DNA of 32,000 bases from Longivirga aurantiaca (GTDB taxonomy: Bacteria > Actinomycetota > Actinomycetes > S36-B12 > CAIYMF01): assembly GCF_042660085.1 (NCBI RefSeq), contig NZ_JBHSTI010000008.1, forward strand, positions 1,993,590 through 2,025,589. Reading direction: 5' to 3'. The notes under the pieces were generated by a model. It worked only from the letters and a program-made list of their open reading frames with translations, did not search any database and had not been told where the DNA came from. The position numbers were made by a program, and so were the translations under genes. The stretch's first letter is position 1; every line of letters begins with the position of its first letter. Positions 14,472 to 23,324 of the stretch are shown here, one piece after another.

Positions 14472-15749
14472 CTAGTGACCGGCGAGCTCCAGCTCGCGGA
14501 CGTCGGAGCGCAGCCTCGTCGAGGGCCAGCGCACGAAACCGATGCTGACCACCAGGAGCCCGATCGCGGCCATGACGGTGACGGCGAACGCCGGGCTGGT
14601 GCGGTCGGCGATGAATCCGGTCACGAGGTAGCCCAGCGCGGTGACGGCGGCGAACCCCGCGCTGGCGATGCCGACGACGCGTCCGCGGTGCTCGTTCTTC
14701 GTGAGCAGCGTGGTGAACGACATGACCGGCACGAGGAAGGCCTGCGCGACGCCGGAGACGAACCACAGCACGACCAGCAGGACGATCGGCGGCTCGATGC
14801 CGGTGAGGAGCAGGGGCAGGCACACCGTGATGGCGAGCGGCAGCACGAGGTCGAGCTGGTCGCGCGGGGTACGGCGTCCGACCAGGATCGACCCGAGCGC
14901 CGCCCCCGTGATGACCGACGCCATGAGCACACCGCCCCAGGCATCGAGCTCGCCGGCGTCGCGCACGTAGGCCAGGGCGACGGCCTCGGGCGCCACGAGC
15001 GAGGCGGCCATGCCCCAGCCGAGCAGGATCAGCGCGCGGCGCGACCTGTCGGCCATCAGCATCCGCCAGCCGTCGGCGAGGTCGGTGAAGAGCTGGCGCA
15101 CCGACTCGGTGGCGTCGAGCATCGCGGGCCGGTTGCGCAGGAACGCCGCGAGCAGCGCGTACGACACGATGAACGAGATCGCATCCACGAACAGCGCGGC
15201 CTGCGGGCTGCTGAGCTGCACGACGATGCCGCCGAGCACGAGGCCGATGGCCTGGTTCGCGAGGTGCAGCGAGCGCGTCAGGCCCGTACCGGCCGTGACG
15301 AGCCGCGGGCTCCCGAGCACGTCCGGGATGGACGCCGCCCGCGCCGACTCGAACAACGGCGTGAACAGCTCGGCCACGAAGAGCAGCGCGAACAGGACCC
15401 AGAGCGGGGCGCTGGTGCCGGCCATGAGCGCGAGCACACCGATGGTGATCGCGCGTGCGACGTCGGCGAGCAGCATGAGCGACTTGCGGCTGAAGCGGTC
15501 GGCGAGCGAGCCGAGGAGGGCGCCCCCGAGGAACGTGGGCACGAACGAGACCGCGAACGTGGCAGCGGCGAGCAGCGCGGAGCCGGTGTCGGACAGCACC
15601 AGCAGGGCCAGCGCGACCCGCGCGATCTGGTCGCCGGCCTCGCTCGCCACCTGGGCGGCCACGAGACCACGGAACTCGCGGACGGCGAGCACCTCACGCA
15701 GACCTGCGCGCTGACGCTCACCAGTCCGACCCACGTCGGCAGAGCTCAC
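14472..15749 (-). CDS. MFS transporter (MFS_3 / EntS-like), ~425 aa
   Basis: Multi-TM translation: REFRGLVAAQVASEAGDQIARVALALLVL..., SLADRFSRKSLML. GTG 15749 overlaps the glnE stop (GTGA). Downstream in-frame GTGs are alternative starts. Confidence 0.82.
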   Translation of the reverse strand: MSSADVGRTGERQRAGLREVLAVREFRGLVAAQVASEAGDQIARVALALLVLSDTGSALLAAATFAVSFVPTFLGGALLGSLADRFSRKSLMLLADVARAITIGVLALMAGTSAPLWVLFALLFVAELFTPLFESARAASIPDVLGSPRLVTAGTGLTRSLHLANQAIGLVLGGIVVQLSSPQAALFVDAISFIVSYALLAAFLRNRPAMLDATESVRQLFTDLADGWRMLMADRSRRALILLGWGMAASLVAPEAVALAYVRDAGELDAWGGVLMASVITGAALGSILVGRRTPRDQLDLVLPLAITVCLPLLLTGIEPPIVLLVVLWFVSGVAQAFLVPVMSFTTLLTKNEHRGRVVGIASAGFAAVTALGYLVTGFIADRTSPAFAVTVMAAIGLLVVSIGFVRWPSTRLRSDVRELELAGH

Positions 15750-18700
15750 GCGTAGAACACCCTCTCCACGACCCCCCGTGCACGTCGCGTGATCCGCCGG
15801 TAGTCGTCCAGCAGCGCTCCGCTCTCGCCGGGAGGGTATCCGAGCACCTGCGACACAGCGGCCAGGTCGCGCGTGTCGGTAGGCACCATGTCGCTCGCTC
15901 GGCCCTTGACCAGCATCACGGCGTCGCGCACCCTCGTCGCCATCCGCCAGGCGGACGCGAGGTGCTCCGCATCCTCGGCCTCGAGCAGGCCCGCGGCGAC
16001 CGCGCCGTCGAGCGCGGGAACCGTGCGGGTCGTCCGCAGCGCGGGCACCGCGTGCCCGTGCTGCAGGGTGATGAGCTGGGCCACCCACTCGACGTCCGAG
16101 AGGCCACCGCGACCGAGCTTGGTGTGCAGGCCGGGGTCGGCACCGCGCGGGAGCCGCTCGGCCTCCATCCGCGCCTTGAGCCGCCGGATCTCGCGGACGT
16201 CGCTCTCGCCGATGCCACCCTCGGGGTAGCGCAGCGGGTCGATGATCGCCACGAACTCGCGGCCGAGCGCGTCGTCGCCGGCTACGGGCTCGGCGCGCAG
16301 CAGCGCCTGCGCCTCCCAGGCAGAGGACCACTTCTCGTAGTACGAGGCGTACGACGCGATGGTGCGCACCAGCGGGCCGTTGCGTCCCTCGGGCCGCAGC
16401 GAGGCGTCGACCTCGAGCGCCGGGTCGGGCGTGGGGATCATGAGCAGGCGCCGCAGCTCGGCGGCCACGGCGAGCGCAGCCTCGTGGGCGTCGCGGTCGT
16501 CCGCCCCGGGGAGCGGGTCGTGCACGAACAGGACGTCGGCGTCGCTGGCGAAGCCGAGCTCGCCGCCCCCGAAGCGCCCCATCGCCACGACCAGGAAACG
16601 GGTCGGCAGCGCGCTCCCTCTCTCGGCGGTGACGGCGCGCTCGGCGATCTCGAGCGCGCCGGTGATGGTCGCCCCTGCGATCGCCGACAGCGCGACGCCG
16701 GCATCGTCGACCTGCGCCAGGCCGAGCAGCTCGGCCACGGCCGTGCGGAACAGCTCGCGCCGACGCAGCGCGCGCACGGCCGCCACCGCTACCTCGGGGT
16801 CCTCGTAGCGCCGCGCGGCGGCCAGCGCCTCGGCATCGAGGGCCTCGCGGGTCCGCGGAACCAGCTCGTCGTCATCGGCGAGCATCGTGACGCCCTCGGG
16901 GGCCCGCATGAGCAGGTCGGACGCGTAGCGGCTCGAGGCGAGGATCGTCGCGAGCCTCTGCGCGGCGAGCGACTCGTCGCGCAGCAGGCGCAGGTACCAC
17001 GGGGTCGAGCCCAACGAGTCGCTCATGCGTCGGAAGGCGAGCAGGCCCGCGTCCGGGTTGGGTGCACCCGCGAACCAGCCGAGCATCACGGGCAGCAGAG
17101 TCCGCTGGATGGCGGCGCGGCGCGTGACGCCCGAGGTCAGCGCCTCGAGGTTGCGCAGCGCGCCCGCGGGGTCGACGTAGCCGAGCGCCTCGAGCCGCTG
17201 CCGCGCAGCCTCGTGGGTGAGCCGCGCCTCGCCCGCGTCGAGGCGCGCCACGGCGTTGAGCAGCGGCCGGTAGAACAGCTTCTCGTGCAGCCGACGGACC
17301 TCGCGCCGGTGCTTCTTCCACGCGTCGTTCAGCTCGGCGACGGGATCGGTGCGCATCCCCATCGACCGCGCGATGTGCCGCAGCGCGACGTCGGAGTCGG
17401 GCACCACGTGGGTGCGCCTCAGCCGGTGCAGCTGGATCCGGTGCTCGAGCGTCCGCAGGAAGGCGTACGACTGCGCGAGGTTCGACGCGTCCTCGCGTCC
17501 GACGTACCCCCACGTGGCGAGCGACTCCAGCGCAGTCATCGTGGTGCTGCTGTGGAGCATCACGTCGCTGCGCCCGTGCACGAGCTGCAGCAGCTGCACG
17601 GAGAACTCGACGTCGCGCAGCCCCCCGGAGCCGAGCTTGAGCTGCCGGTCGGCGTCCTTGGCCGGCACGTTCTCCTCGACGCGGCGACGCATCGCCTGCA
17701 CGTCCTCGACGAAGTTCGGCCGGTCGGCCGCGCTCCACACGAACGGCGTCACGAGATCGACGAAGGCTGCCCCGAGGTCGAGATCACCGGCGGCGGGGCG
17801 TGCCTTGAGCAGCGCCTGGAACTCCCACGTCGAGGCCCAGCGCCGGTAGTAGCCGTCGTACGACGCCAGCGTGCGCACGAGCGCGCCGGACTTGCCCTCG
17901 GGCCGGAGGTTGGGGTCGACCTCCCAGATCGATCCCTCGGGAGTGGGTGCGTTGCACGCGCGCATGAGCGACTGCGCGAGCCGGGTGCCGGCGCGGATGG
18001 CCTCGGTCTCGTCGACGCCGTCGCGCGGCTCGACGACGTACACGACGTCGACGTCGGAGATGTAGTTGAGCTCGTGCCCGCCGCACTTGCCGAGCGCGAG
18101 CACGGCGATGCGCACGAGGTCGGACGCGTCCGGGTGCTCGGACCGCGCGATCGCGAGCGCGGCCTCGAGCGTGCCGTCGGCGAGGTCGGCGAGCGCAGCG
18201 GACACCTCGACGAAGGCGGCGCCGTCGGCGAGGTCCGCGGCGGCGATCGCGAGCAGGCGCCGCCGGTAGGCGACCCGCAGCGCCGACAGCACCTCGGTGC
18301 CCGAGCCGGAGGCGACCGGCGGCGTGGCGCGGGGGTCGGCCCCCACCGCGCGCAGCAGCTCGGATCGCACGACGTCGACGGGCGCGAAGTCGGGCGCGCC
18401 CTCGTCGTGCGCCCGCAGCACGGTCCAGTCGCCCGGGTGGCGCACCAGGTGGTCGCCGAGAGCGACCGACGCGCCGAGCACGGTGAGGACCCGGCGGCGC
18501 GACTCCTCGTCCTCGTCGAGCTCGGCGACGAGGGCGCGGGCGGCGGGGTCGCCCGTCTCGGCGATGCGCGAGAGCGTCGCGAGGGCGAGGTCGGGGTCGG
18601 CTGCCAGCGAGAGGTCGACGACCGCGTCGGTGCCGAGGCCGACGAGGCCCGGGTCGGACAGCAGCCGGACCGCGAGGGCGGCGTCGGCGAAGCCGAGGCG

Positions 18701-18757
18701 GGCGAGGCGGCCCTGCAGGCTGCCCGACCGTCCCTCGGCCGCGCCGTCGAGGGTCAT
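15746..18757 (-). CDS. glnE: Bifunctional glutamine synthetase adenylyltransferase/adenylyl-removing enzyme, 1003 aa
   Basis: Two nucleotidyltransferase modules are present (ALGKCGGHELNYISDVDVVYV and AMGRFGGGELGFASDADVLFV), each followed by a GlnE C-terminal-type region. ATG 18757 shares one nucleotide with the upstream stop (TGATG). Confidence 0.95.
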   Translation of the reverse strand: MTLDGAAEGRSGSLQGRLARLGFADAALAVRLLSDPGLVGLGTDAVVDLSLAADPDLALATLSRIAETGDPAARALVAELDEDEESRRRVLTVLGASVALGDHLVRHPGDWTVLRAHDEGAPDFAPVDVVRSELLRAVGADPRATPPVASGSGTEVLSALRVAYRRRLLAIAAADLADGAAFVEVSAALADLADGTLEAALAIARSEHPDASDLVRIAVLALGKCGGHELNYISDVDVVYVVEPRDGVDETEAIRAGTRLAQSLMRACNAPTPEGSIWEVDPNLRPEGKSGALVRTLASYDGYYRRWASTWEFQALLKARPAAGDLDLGAAFVDLVTPFVWSAADRPNFVEDVQAMRRRVEENVPAKDADRQLKLGSGGLRDVEFSVQLLQLVHGRSDVMLHSSTTMTALESLATWGYVGREDASNLAQSYAFLRTLEHRIQLHRLRRTHVVPDSDVALRHIARSMGMRTDPVAELNDAWKKHRREVRRLHEKLFYRPLLNAVARLDAGEARLTHEAARQRLEALGYVDPAGALRNLEALTSGVTRRAAIQRTLLPVMLGWFAGAPNPDAGLLAFRRMSDSLGSTPWYLRLLRDESLAAQRLATILASSRYASDLLMRAPEGVTMLADDDELVPRTREALDAEALAAARRYEDPEVAVAAVRALRRRELFRTAVAELLGLAQVDDAGVALSAIAGATITGALEIAERAVTAERGSALPTRFLVVAMGRFGGGELGFASDADVLFVHDPLPGADDRDAHEAALAVAAELRRLLMIPTPDPALEVDASLRPEGRNGPLVRTIASYASYYEKWSSAWEAQALLRAEPVAGDDALGREFVAIIDPLRYPEGGIGESDVREIRRLKARMEAERLPRGADPGLHTKLGRGGLSDVEWVAQLITLQHGHAVPALRTTRTVPALDGAVAAGLLEAEDAEHLASAWRMATRVRDAVMLVKGRASDMVPTDTRDLAAVSQVLGYPPGESGALLDDYRRITRRARGVVERVFYA

Positions 18758-19521
18758 CAGGGCCGCGGACTGCCGGCCGACGCGCGGACGACCTCGGCGA
18801 AGGCCACCGCGAACGGACGCCACCCGTCGAGCATCTCCTGCTCGCGGTCCACGACGTCCTGCATGACCTTCTCCACGCTCGCGCCGGCCTTCTCGACCGG
18901 CTCGGGGTCGTCCGGGAACCAGGAGGCGAGGATCTCGGCGTCGACCTCGGGGTGGAACTGGATCGCCCAGGCGCTTCTGCCGAGGCGGTAGGCCTGCACG
19001 GGGCAGGTCGGGGTCGAGGCCAGCACGACGGCCCCCTCGGGCACCTCGAGCATGGCGTCCTGGTGGTACTGCGCGACGGGGATGCCCTGCGGGAGAACGG
19101 AGAACAGCGGGTCGCCCTGCGCCTCGGGCAGCAGGTCGATCTCGTAGATGCCGACCTCCGCCACGGGGGCGCGGTCCACGACGCCGCCTGCGGCGAGGGT
19201 CATGAGCTGGCCTCCGAGGCAGACGCCGAGGAGCGGCGCGGACGACTCGACCGAGCTGAGGATCAGGGCCCGCTCGTCGGGCAGCCACGGTGCGCGCTCG
19301 TCCTCCCACGCGGCCATCTCGCCGCCGAGCAGCACCACGCCGTGGTAGCCCGCGGGGAGCTCGCGCGGCACGGGCTCGCCGAGGTCGGCGCGCACGACGT
19401 CGTAGCCGATGCCGTGCTCGTCCCACCAGGTGCCGAGCAGCCCGACCGGGTCGGTCGGGTCGTTCTGGATGACGAGGAGGCGTGCCGGCGCGGCTGCGCC
19501 CTCGATGGTCTGGGAGGTCAT
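18757..19521 (-). CDS. Class I glutamine amidotransferase-like protein, 254 aa
   Basis: Translation LLVIQND, nucleophile elbow LGVCLGGQL, and AIQFHPEVD (His/Glu of the triad). It lies between glnA2 and glnE. Confidence 0.82.
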   Translation of the reverse strand: MTSQTIEGAAAPARLLVIQNDPTDPVGLLGTWWDEHGIGYDVVRADLGEPVPRELPAGYHGVVLLGGEMAAWEDERAPWLPDERALILSSVESSAPLLGVCLGGQLMTLAAGGVVDRAPVAEVGIYEIDLLPEAQGDPLFSVLPQGIPVAQYHQDAMLEVPEGAVVLASTPTCPVQAYRLGRSAWAIQFHPEVDAEILASWFPDDPEPVEKAGASVEKVMQDVVDREQEMLDGWRPFAVAFAEVVRASAGSPRP

Positions 19522-19569
19522 CGGGGCCTGATTCTGTGCGGGACGGTGTTCGCGTGCGGACGGGTCGGG

Positions 19570-20907
19570 CTAGAGGACGGGCAGGTAGCGCGCGAGCTCG
19601 AACGGTGTGACCTGACGACGGTAGTCCGCCCACTCCTGGCGCTTGTTGCGCAGGAAGTGGTCGTAGACGTGCTCGCCGAGGGTCTCGGCGACGAGCTCGC
19701 TGCGCTCCATCACCGTGAGCGCCTGGCCGAGCGACGTGGGGAGCGGCTCGATGCCGAGCGCGCGGCGCTCCGCCTCGGTCAGCGCCCAGACGTCGTCCTC
19801 GGCGCCCGGGGGCAGCTCGTAGCCCTGCTCGATGCCCTTGAGGCCGGCGGCGAGCATGACCGCGAACGAGAGGTACGGGTTGGCCGCGGTGTCGATCGAC
19901 CGGAACTCCACCCGCGTCGAGTTGCCCTTGCTCGGCTTGTACATCGGCACGCGGACGAGGGCGCTGCGGTTGTTGTGGCCCCAGCACACGTACGCCGGAG
20001 CCTCGCCGCCGCCGCCGAGGCGCTTGTAGGAGTTGACCCACTGGTTGGTCACCGCCGTGATCTCCGGCGCGTGCCGCAGCAGGCCGGCGATGAAGCTGCG
20101 CCCGACCTTGGACAGCGAGTACTCCGCACCCGCCTCGTAGAACGCGTTGCGGTCGCCCTCGAACAGCGACAGGTGCGTGTGCATGCCGGAGCCCGGGTGG
20201 TCGGCGAACGGCTTCGGCATGAAGGTGGCGTACACGCCCTGCTCGAGCGCGACCTCCTTCACGACCAGCCGGAAGGTCATGATGTTGTCGGCGGTGGTGA
20301 GCGCGTCCGCGTAGCGCAGGTCGATCTCCTGCTGCCCGGGCGCGCCCTCGTGGTGGCTGAACTCCACCGAGATGCCCATCGCCTCGAGCATCGTGATGGC
20401 CTGACGGCGGAAGTCGTAGCCGAGGCCGTGCGGCGTGTGGTCGAAGTAGCCCACCTGGTCGATCGGCGTCGGCACCTCGCCCTTGGCGAAGCCCTGCTCG
20501 AGCAGGAAGAACTCGATCTCGGGGTGCGTGTAGAACGTGAAGCCGAGCTCGGCGGCCTTGGCGAGCTGCCGCTTGAGCACGTGCCGCGGGTCGGCGTACG
20601 ACGGGCTGCCGTCGGGCATGAGGATGTCGCAGAACATGCGGCCGACGCCGGGGCTCTCGCCGCGCCACGGGAGCACCTGGAAGGTGCTCGGGTCGGGCTT
20701 GGCCAGCATGTCCGACTCGAACACGCGCGCGAAGCCCTCGATGGCCGAGCCGTCGAACCCGATGCCCTCGGAGAAGGCGCCCTCGAGCTCGGCCGGGGCG
20801 ACCGCCACCGACTTGAGCATGCCGAGCACGTCGGTGAACCAGAGCCGCACGAAGCGGATGTCGCGCTCCTCGATGGTGCGGAGCACGAACTCGGTCTGCT
20901 TGTCCAT
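19570..20907 (-). CDS. glnA2: Type I glutamine synthetase paralogue GlnA2, 445 aa
   Basis: N-terminus MDKQTEFVLRTIEERDIRFVRLWFTDVLG closely parallels mycobacterial GlnA2. GS motifs SHHEGAPGQQEI, GSGMHTHLSL and NRSALVRVP are present. Confidence 0.93.
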   Translation of the reverse strand: MDKQTEFVLRTIEERDIRFVRLWFTDVLGMLKSVAVAPAELEGAFSEGIGFDGSAIEGFARVFESDMLAKPDPSTFQVLPWRGESPGVGRMFCDILMPDGSPSYADPRHVLKRQLAKAAELGFTFYTHPEIEFFLLEQGFAKGEVPTPIDQVGYFDHTPHGLGYDFRRQAITMLEAMGISVEFSHHEGAPGQQEIDLRYADALTTADNIMTFRLVVKEVALEQGVYATFMPKPFADHPGSGMHTHLSLFEGDRNAFYEAGAEYSLSKVGRSFIAGLLRHAPEITAVTNQWVNSYKRLGGGGEAPAYVCWGHNNRSALVRVPMYKPSKGNSTRVEFRSIDTAANPYLSFAVMLAAGLKGIEQGYELPPGAEDDVWALTEAERRALGIEPLPTSLGQALTVMERSELVAETLGEHVYDHFLRNKRQEWADYRRQVTPFELARYLPVL

Positions 20908-20926
20908 GCGGCCCATCTTGGACCAC

Positions 20927-20941
20927 CGCACGTCACGTGCG
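20927..20941. promoter_or_regulatory. Perfect 7-1-7 palindrome in the glnA2/nadE divergent region (candidate operator)
   Basis: CGCACGT-C-ACGTGCG at 20927-20941, 20-34 nt upstream of the glnA2 ATG. It contains a CACGTG core. Confidence 0.3.
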
Positions 20942-20979
20942 TGTGTCGGCTCGCCCCATCCCCCGCGACCCCGGCGTCC

Positions 20980-20985
20980 TAGGCT
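20980..20985 (+). promoter_or_regulatory. Candidate -10 element (TAGGCT) positioned for a leaderless nadE transcript
   Basis: TAGGCT fits the actinobacterial TANNNT -10 pattern and is followed by exactly 6 nt and then GTG 20992. No Shine-Dalgarno sequence is present. Confidence 0.35.
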
Positions 20986-20991
20986 TCCCCC

Positions 20992-22725
20992 GTGCCCCAG
21001 ATCCGGCTCGCCCTCGCCCAGGTCAACCCGTGTGTCGGCGACCTCGCCGGCAACGTCGACCGCGTGCTCGCGGGTGCCCGCGACGCGCACGGGGCCGGAG
21101 CCCGACTCGTGGCCTTCCCCGAGATGGTGCTCACCGGCTACCCGGTGGAGGACCTCGCCCTGCGCCCGTCGTTCCAGGCTGCCAGCCGCCAGGCGCTCGA
21201 CTCGCTCGCCGCCCGCCTGGTCGAGGAGGGCCTCGGCTCGCTCGTGGTCGTCGTCGGCTACCTCGACGTCATCGACGACGGGCACGACCGGCTCGGCCGT
21301 CCGCGCGGCGGTCCGCAGAACGCCGCGGCCGTCGTCACCGGCGGCCGCGTGGTGGCCCGGTACGCCAAGCACCACCTGCCCAACTACGGCGTGTTCGACG
21401 AGTTCCGCTACTTCGTGCCCGGAGCGTCCACGACGGTCGTCCGCGTGGACGGCGTCGACGTCGCGATCGCCATCTGCGAGGACCTCTGGCAGGACGGCGG
21501 CCCGGTCGCCCAGGTGCGCGACACCGGTGCCGGTCTGCTCGTGGTCATCAACGGGTCGCCGTACGAGCGCAACAAGGACGACGTGCGCCTCGAGCTGTGC
21601 GCCCGCCGTGCGCGCGAGGCGGGCTGCCCGCTCGCCTACGTGAACATGGTCGGCGGCCAGGACGAGCTCGTCTTCGACGGCGACTCGCTCGTCGTGGGGG
21701 CCGACGGCGCGCTCGTCGCGCGGGCGCCGCAGTTCGAGGAGTCGCTGCTCGTCGTCGACCTCGACCTGCCGATGGCAGACCCCACCACCAGCGCGTCGAC
21801 GGCGGCCATCGGCTTCCCCCTGCCGGCGTACACCCCCGAGCCGCCGTCGGTCGCGCCCCGGCTCTCGGACGACGCCGAGGTGTGGCAGGCCCTGGTCGTC
21901 GGACTGCGCGACTACGTGGGCAAGAACGGGTTCCGGTCGGTCACCCTCGGCCTGTCCGGCGGAATCGACTCGGCGGTCGTCGCCGCGATCGCGTGCGATG
22001 CGCTCGGTGCCGACAACGTGCACGGCGTCTCGCTTCCGAGCGTCTACTCCTCCGACCACTCCCGGGGCGACGCCGCCGACATGGCCGAGCGGACGGGCCT
22101 GCACTACCGCACGGTCGAGATCGCGCCGATGGTCGACGCGTTCCAGGGCCGGCTGCACCTCTCCGGGCTGGCCGAGGAGAACCTGCAGGCGCGCGTGCGC
22201 GGCACCACGCTCATGGCGATCTCCAACGCCGAGGGCCACCTCGTGCTCGCCACCGGGAACAAGAGCGAGCTCTCGGTCGGCTACTCGACGATCTACGGCG
22301 ACGCCGTCGGCGGCTACGCGCCGATCAAGGACGTGCCCAAGGTCGACGTCTGGGCGCTCGCGCGCTGGCGCAACGAGCATGCGCTCGAGCGCGGCGAGAC
22401 CCCCCCGATCCCTCCGAGCAGCATCGACAAGCCGCCGTCGGCCGAGCTGCGCCCCGGCCAGCTCGACTCGGACTCGCTGCCCGACTACGCGGTGCTCGAC
22501 GACCTGCTCGACGACTACGTCGAGAACGACCGCGGGGCTGCCGAGCTCGTGGCCGACGGCTTCGACCAGGCGCTCGTCGAGCGGGTGCTGCGGCTGACCG
22601 ACGTCGCGGAGTACAAGCGCCGGCAGTACCCGCCGGGCACGAAGATCTCCTCCAAGGGGTTCGGCCGCGACCGCCGCCTCCCGGTCACGAACCGGTGGCG
22701 CGAGACCGTGCCCGACCAGGACTAG
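20992..22725 (+). CDS. nadE: Glutamine-dependent NAD+ synthetase, 577 aa
   Basis: N-terminal CN-hydrolase domain (AFPEMVLTGYP, AICEDLW) plus a C-terminal ATP-pyrophosphatase domain (LGLSGGIDSAVV). GTG start. The stop TAG overlaps the convergent TetR stop within CTAG. Confidence 0.93.
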   Translation: MPQIRLALAQVNPCVGDLAGNVDRVLAGARDAHGAGARLVAFPEMVLTGYPVEDLALRPSFQAASRQALDSLAARLVEEGLGSLVVVVGYLDVIDDGHDRLGRPRGGPQNAAAVVTGGRVVARYAKHHLPNYGVFDEFRYFVPGASTTVVRVDGVDVAIAICEDLWQDGGPVAQVRDTGAGLLVVINGSPYERNKDDVRLELCARRAREAGCPLAYVNMVGGQDELVFDGDSLVVGADGALVARAPQFEESLLVVDLDLPMADPTTSASTAAIGFPLPAYTPEPPSVAPRLSDDAEVWQALVVGLRDYVGKNGFRSVTLGLSGGIDSAVVAAIACDALGADNVHGVSLPSVYSSDHSRGDAADMAERTGLHYRTVEIAPMVDAFQGRLHLSGLAEENLQARVRGTTLMAISNAEGHLVLATGNKSELSVGYSTIYGDAVGGYAPIKDVPKVDVWALARWRNEHALERGETPPIPPSSIDKPPSAELRPGQLDSDSLPDYAVLDDLLDDYVENDRGAAELVADGFDQALVERVLRLTDVAEYKRRQYPPGTKISSKGFGRDRRLPVTNRWRETVPDQD

Positions 22726-23324
22726 CGCGCGAGGAAGCCCGCGAGCGCCGCGTCCACGACCTGGGTCGAGCCGGCGCCCGGCGCCGGGTCGCGGCCGCTC
22801 GAGCGCACCTGGTTCATGTAGACGCTCGTGCCGATGATGAGCGTGATGAGCAGCTCGAGGTCGGCGTCGGGGCGGATCTCGCCGCGCTCGATCCCGCGAC
22901 GCAGCACGACGCGGAACAGCTCGCGCCGCGGCTCGATCACGGTGTCGTAGAACGACTCGAACAGGCGCGGGTTCGACTTCGCGTGCGCCATCACACGGTG
23001 GAAGACGAGCCCGTTCGGTGTCTGGACGTACGACCGCCACCAGGCGTCGACGAGGAACAGGATGCCGTCGCGGACGCTGCCCTCGGGCACGTCGTCCGGC
23101 AGACCGGTGACGAGCGCACCGAGCGAGGCCACCACGAGGTCGTCCTTGGTGGGCCACCGGCGGTAGATCGTGGCCTTGCTGACGCCGGCGCGGGTCGCGA
23201 CCTCCTCGACCGAGAGACCGGTGGGCCCGACCTCGGCGAGCAGGTGGAGCGCCGCGTCGAGGATCGCCGAGTCGGCCCGGACGTCACGGGGACGTCCGGG
23301 CGCACGCGTGCGGCTGACGGTCAC
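22722..23324 (-). CDS. TetR/AcrR-family transcriptional regulator, 200 aa
   Basis: HTH LSVEEVATRAGVSKATIYRRWPTKDDL. GTG 23324 overlaps the stop of the upstream MFS gene (GTGA). Confidence 0.9.
   Translation of the reverse strand: MTVSRTRAPGRPRDVRADSAILDAALHLLAEVGPTGLSVEEVATRAGVSKATIYRRWPTKDDLVVASLGALVTGLPDDVPEGSVRDGILFLVDAWWRSYVQTPNGLVFHRVMAHAKSNPRLFESFYDTVIEPRRELFRVVLRRGIERGEIRPDADLELLITLIIGTSVYMNQVRSSGRDPAPGAGSTQVVDAALAGFLAR

Noticed and set aside
19522-19569. A possible terminator between glnA2 and the GATase gene.
   Set aside because: The similar segments gtgcgggacgg and gtgcggacggg are direct repeats, not inverted repeats, so no hairpin can form. This favours co-transcription.
15746-20926. 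1726-aa ORF that appears to fuse glnE with upstream sequence, and the 1195-aa ORF 19570-23157 that extends glnA2.
   Set aside because: Only the C-terminal 1003 aa and 445 aa respectively resemble GlnE and GlnA2. The extensions run out of frame through the GATase and glnA2 genes, or antisense through nadE, and are Arg/Pro-rich junk. The internal ATGs at 18757 and 20907 match known N-termini.
20935-20953. A possible GlnR box (GTCAC-n6-GTGTC) upstream of glnA2.
   Set aside because: Only the a-site resembles gTnAc. The b-site does not match GaAAc. It is kept only as part of the palindrome observation.
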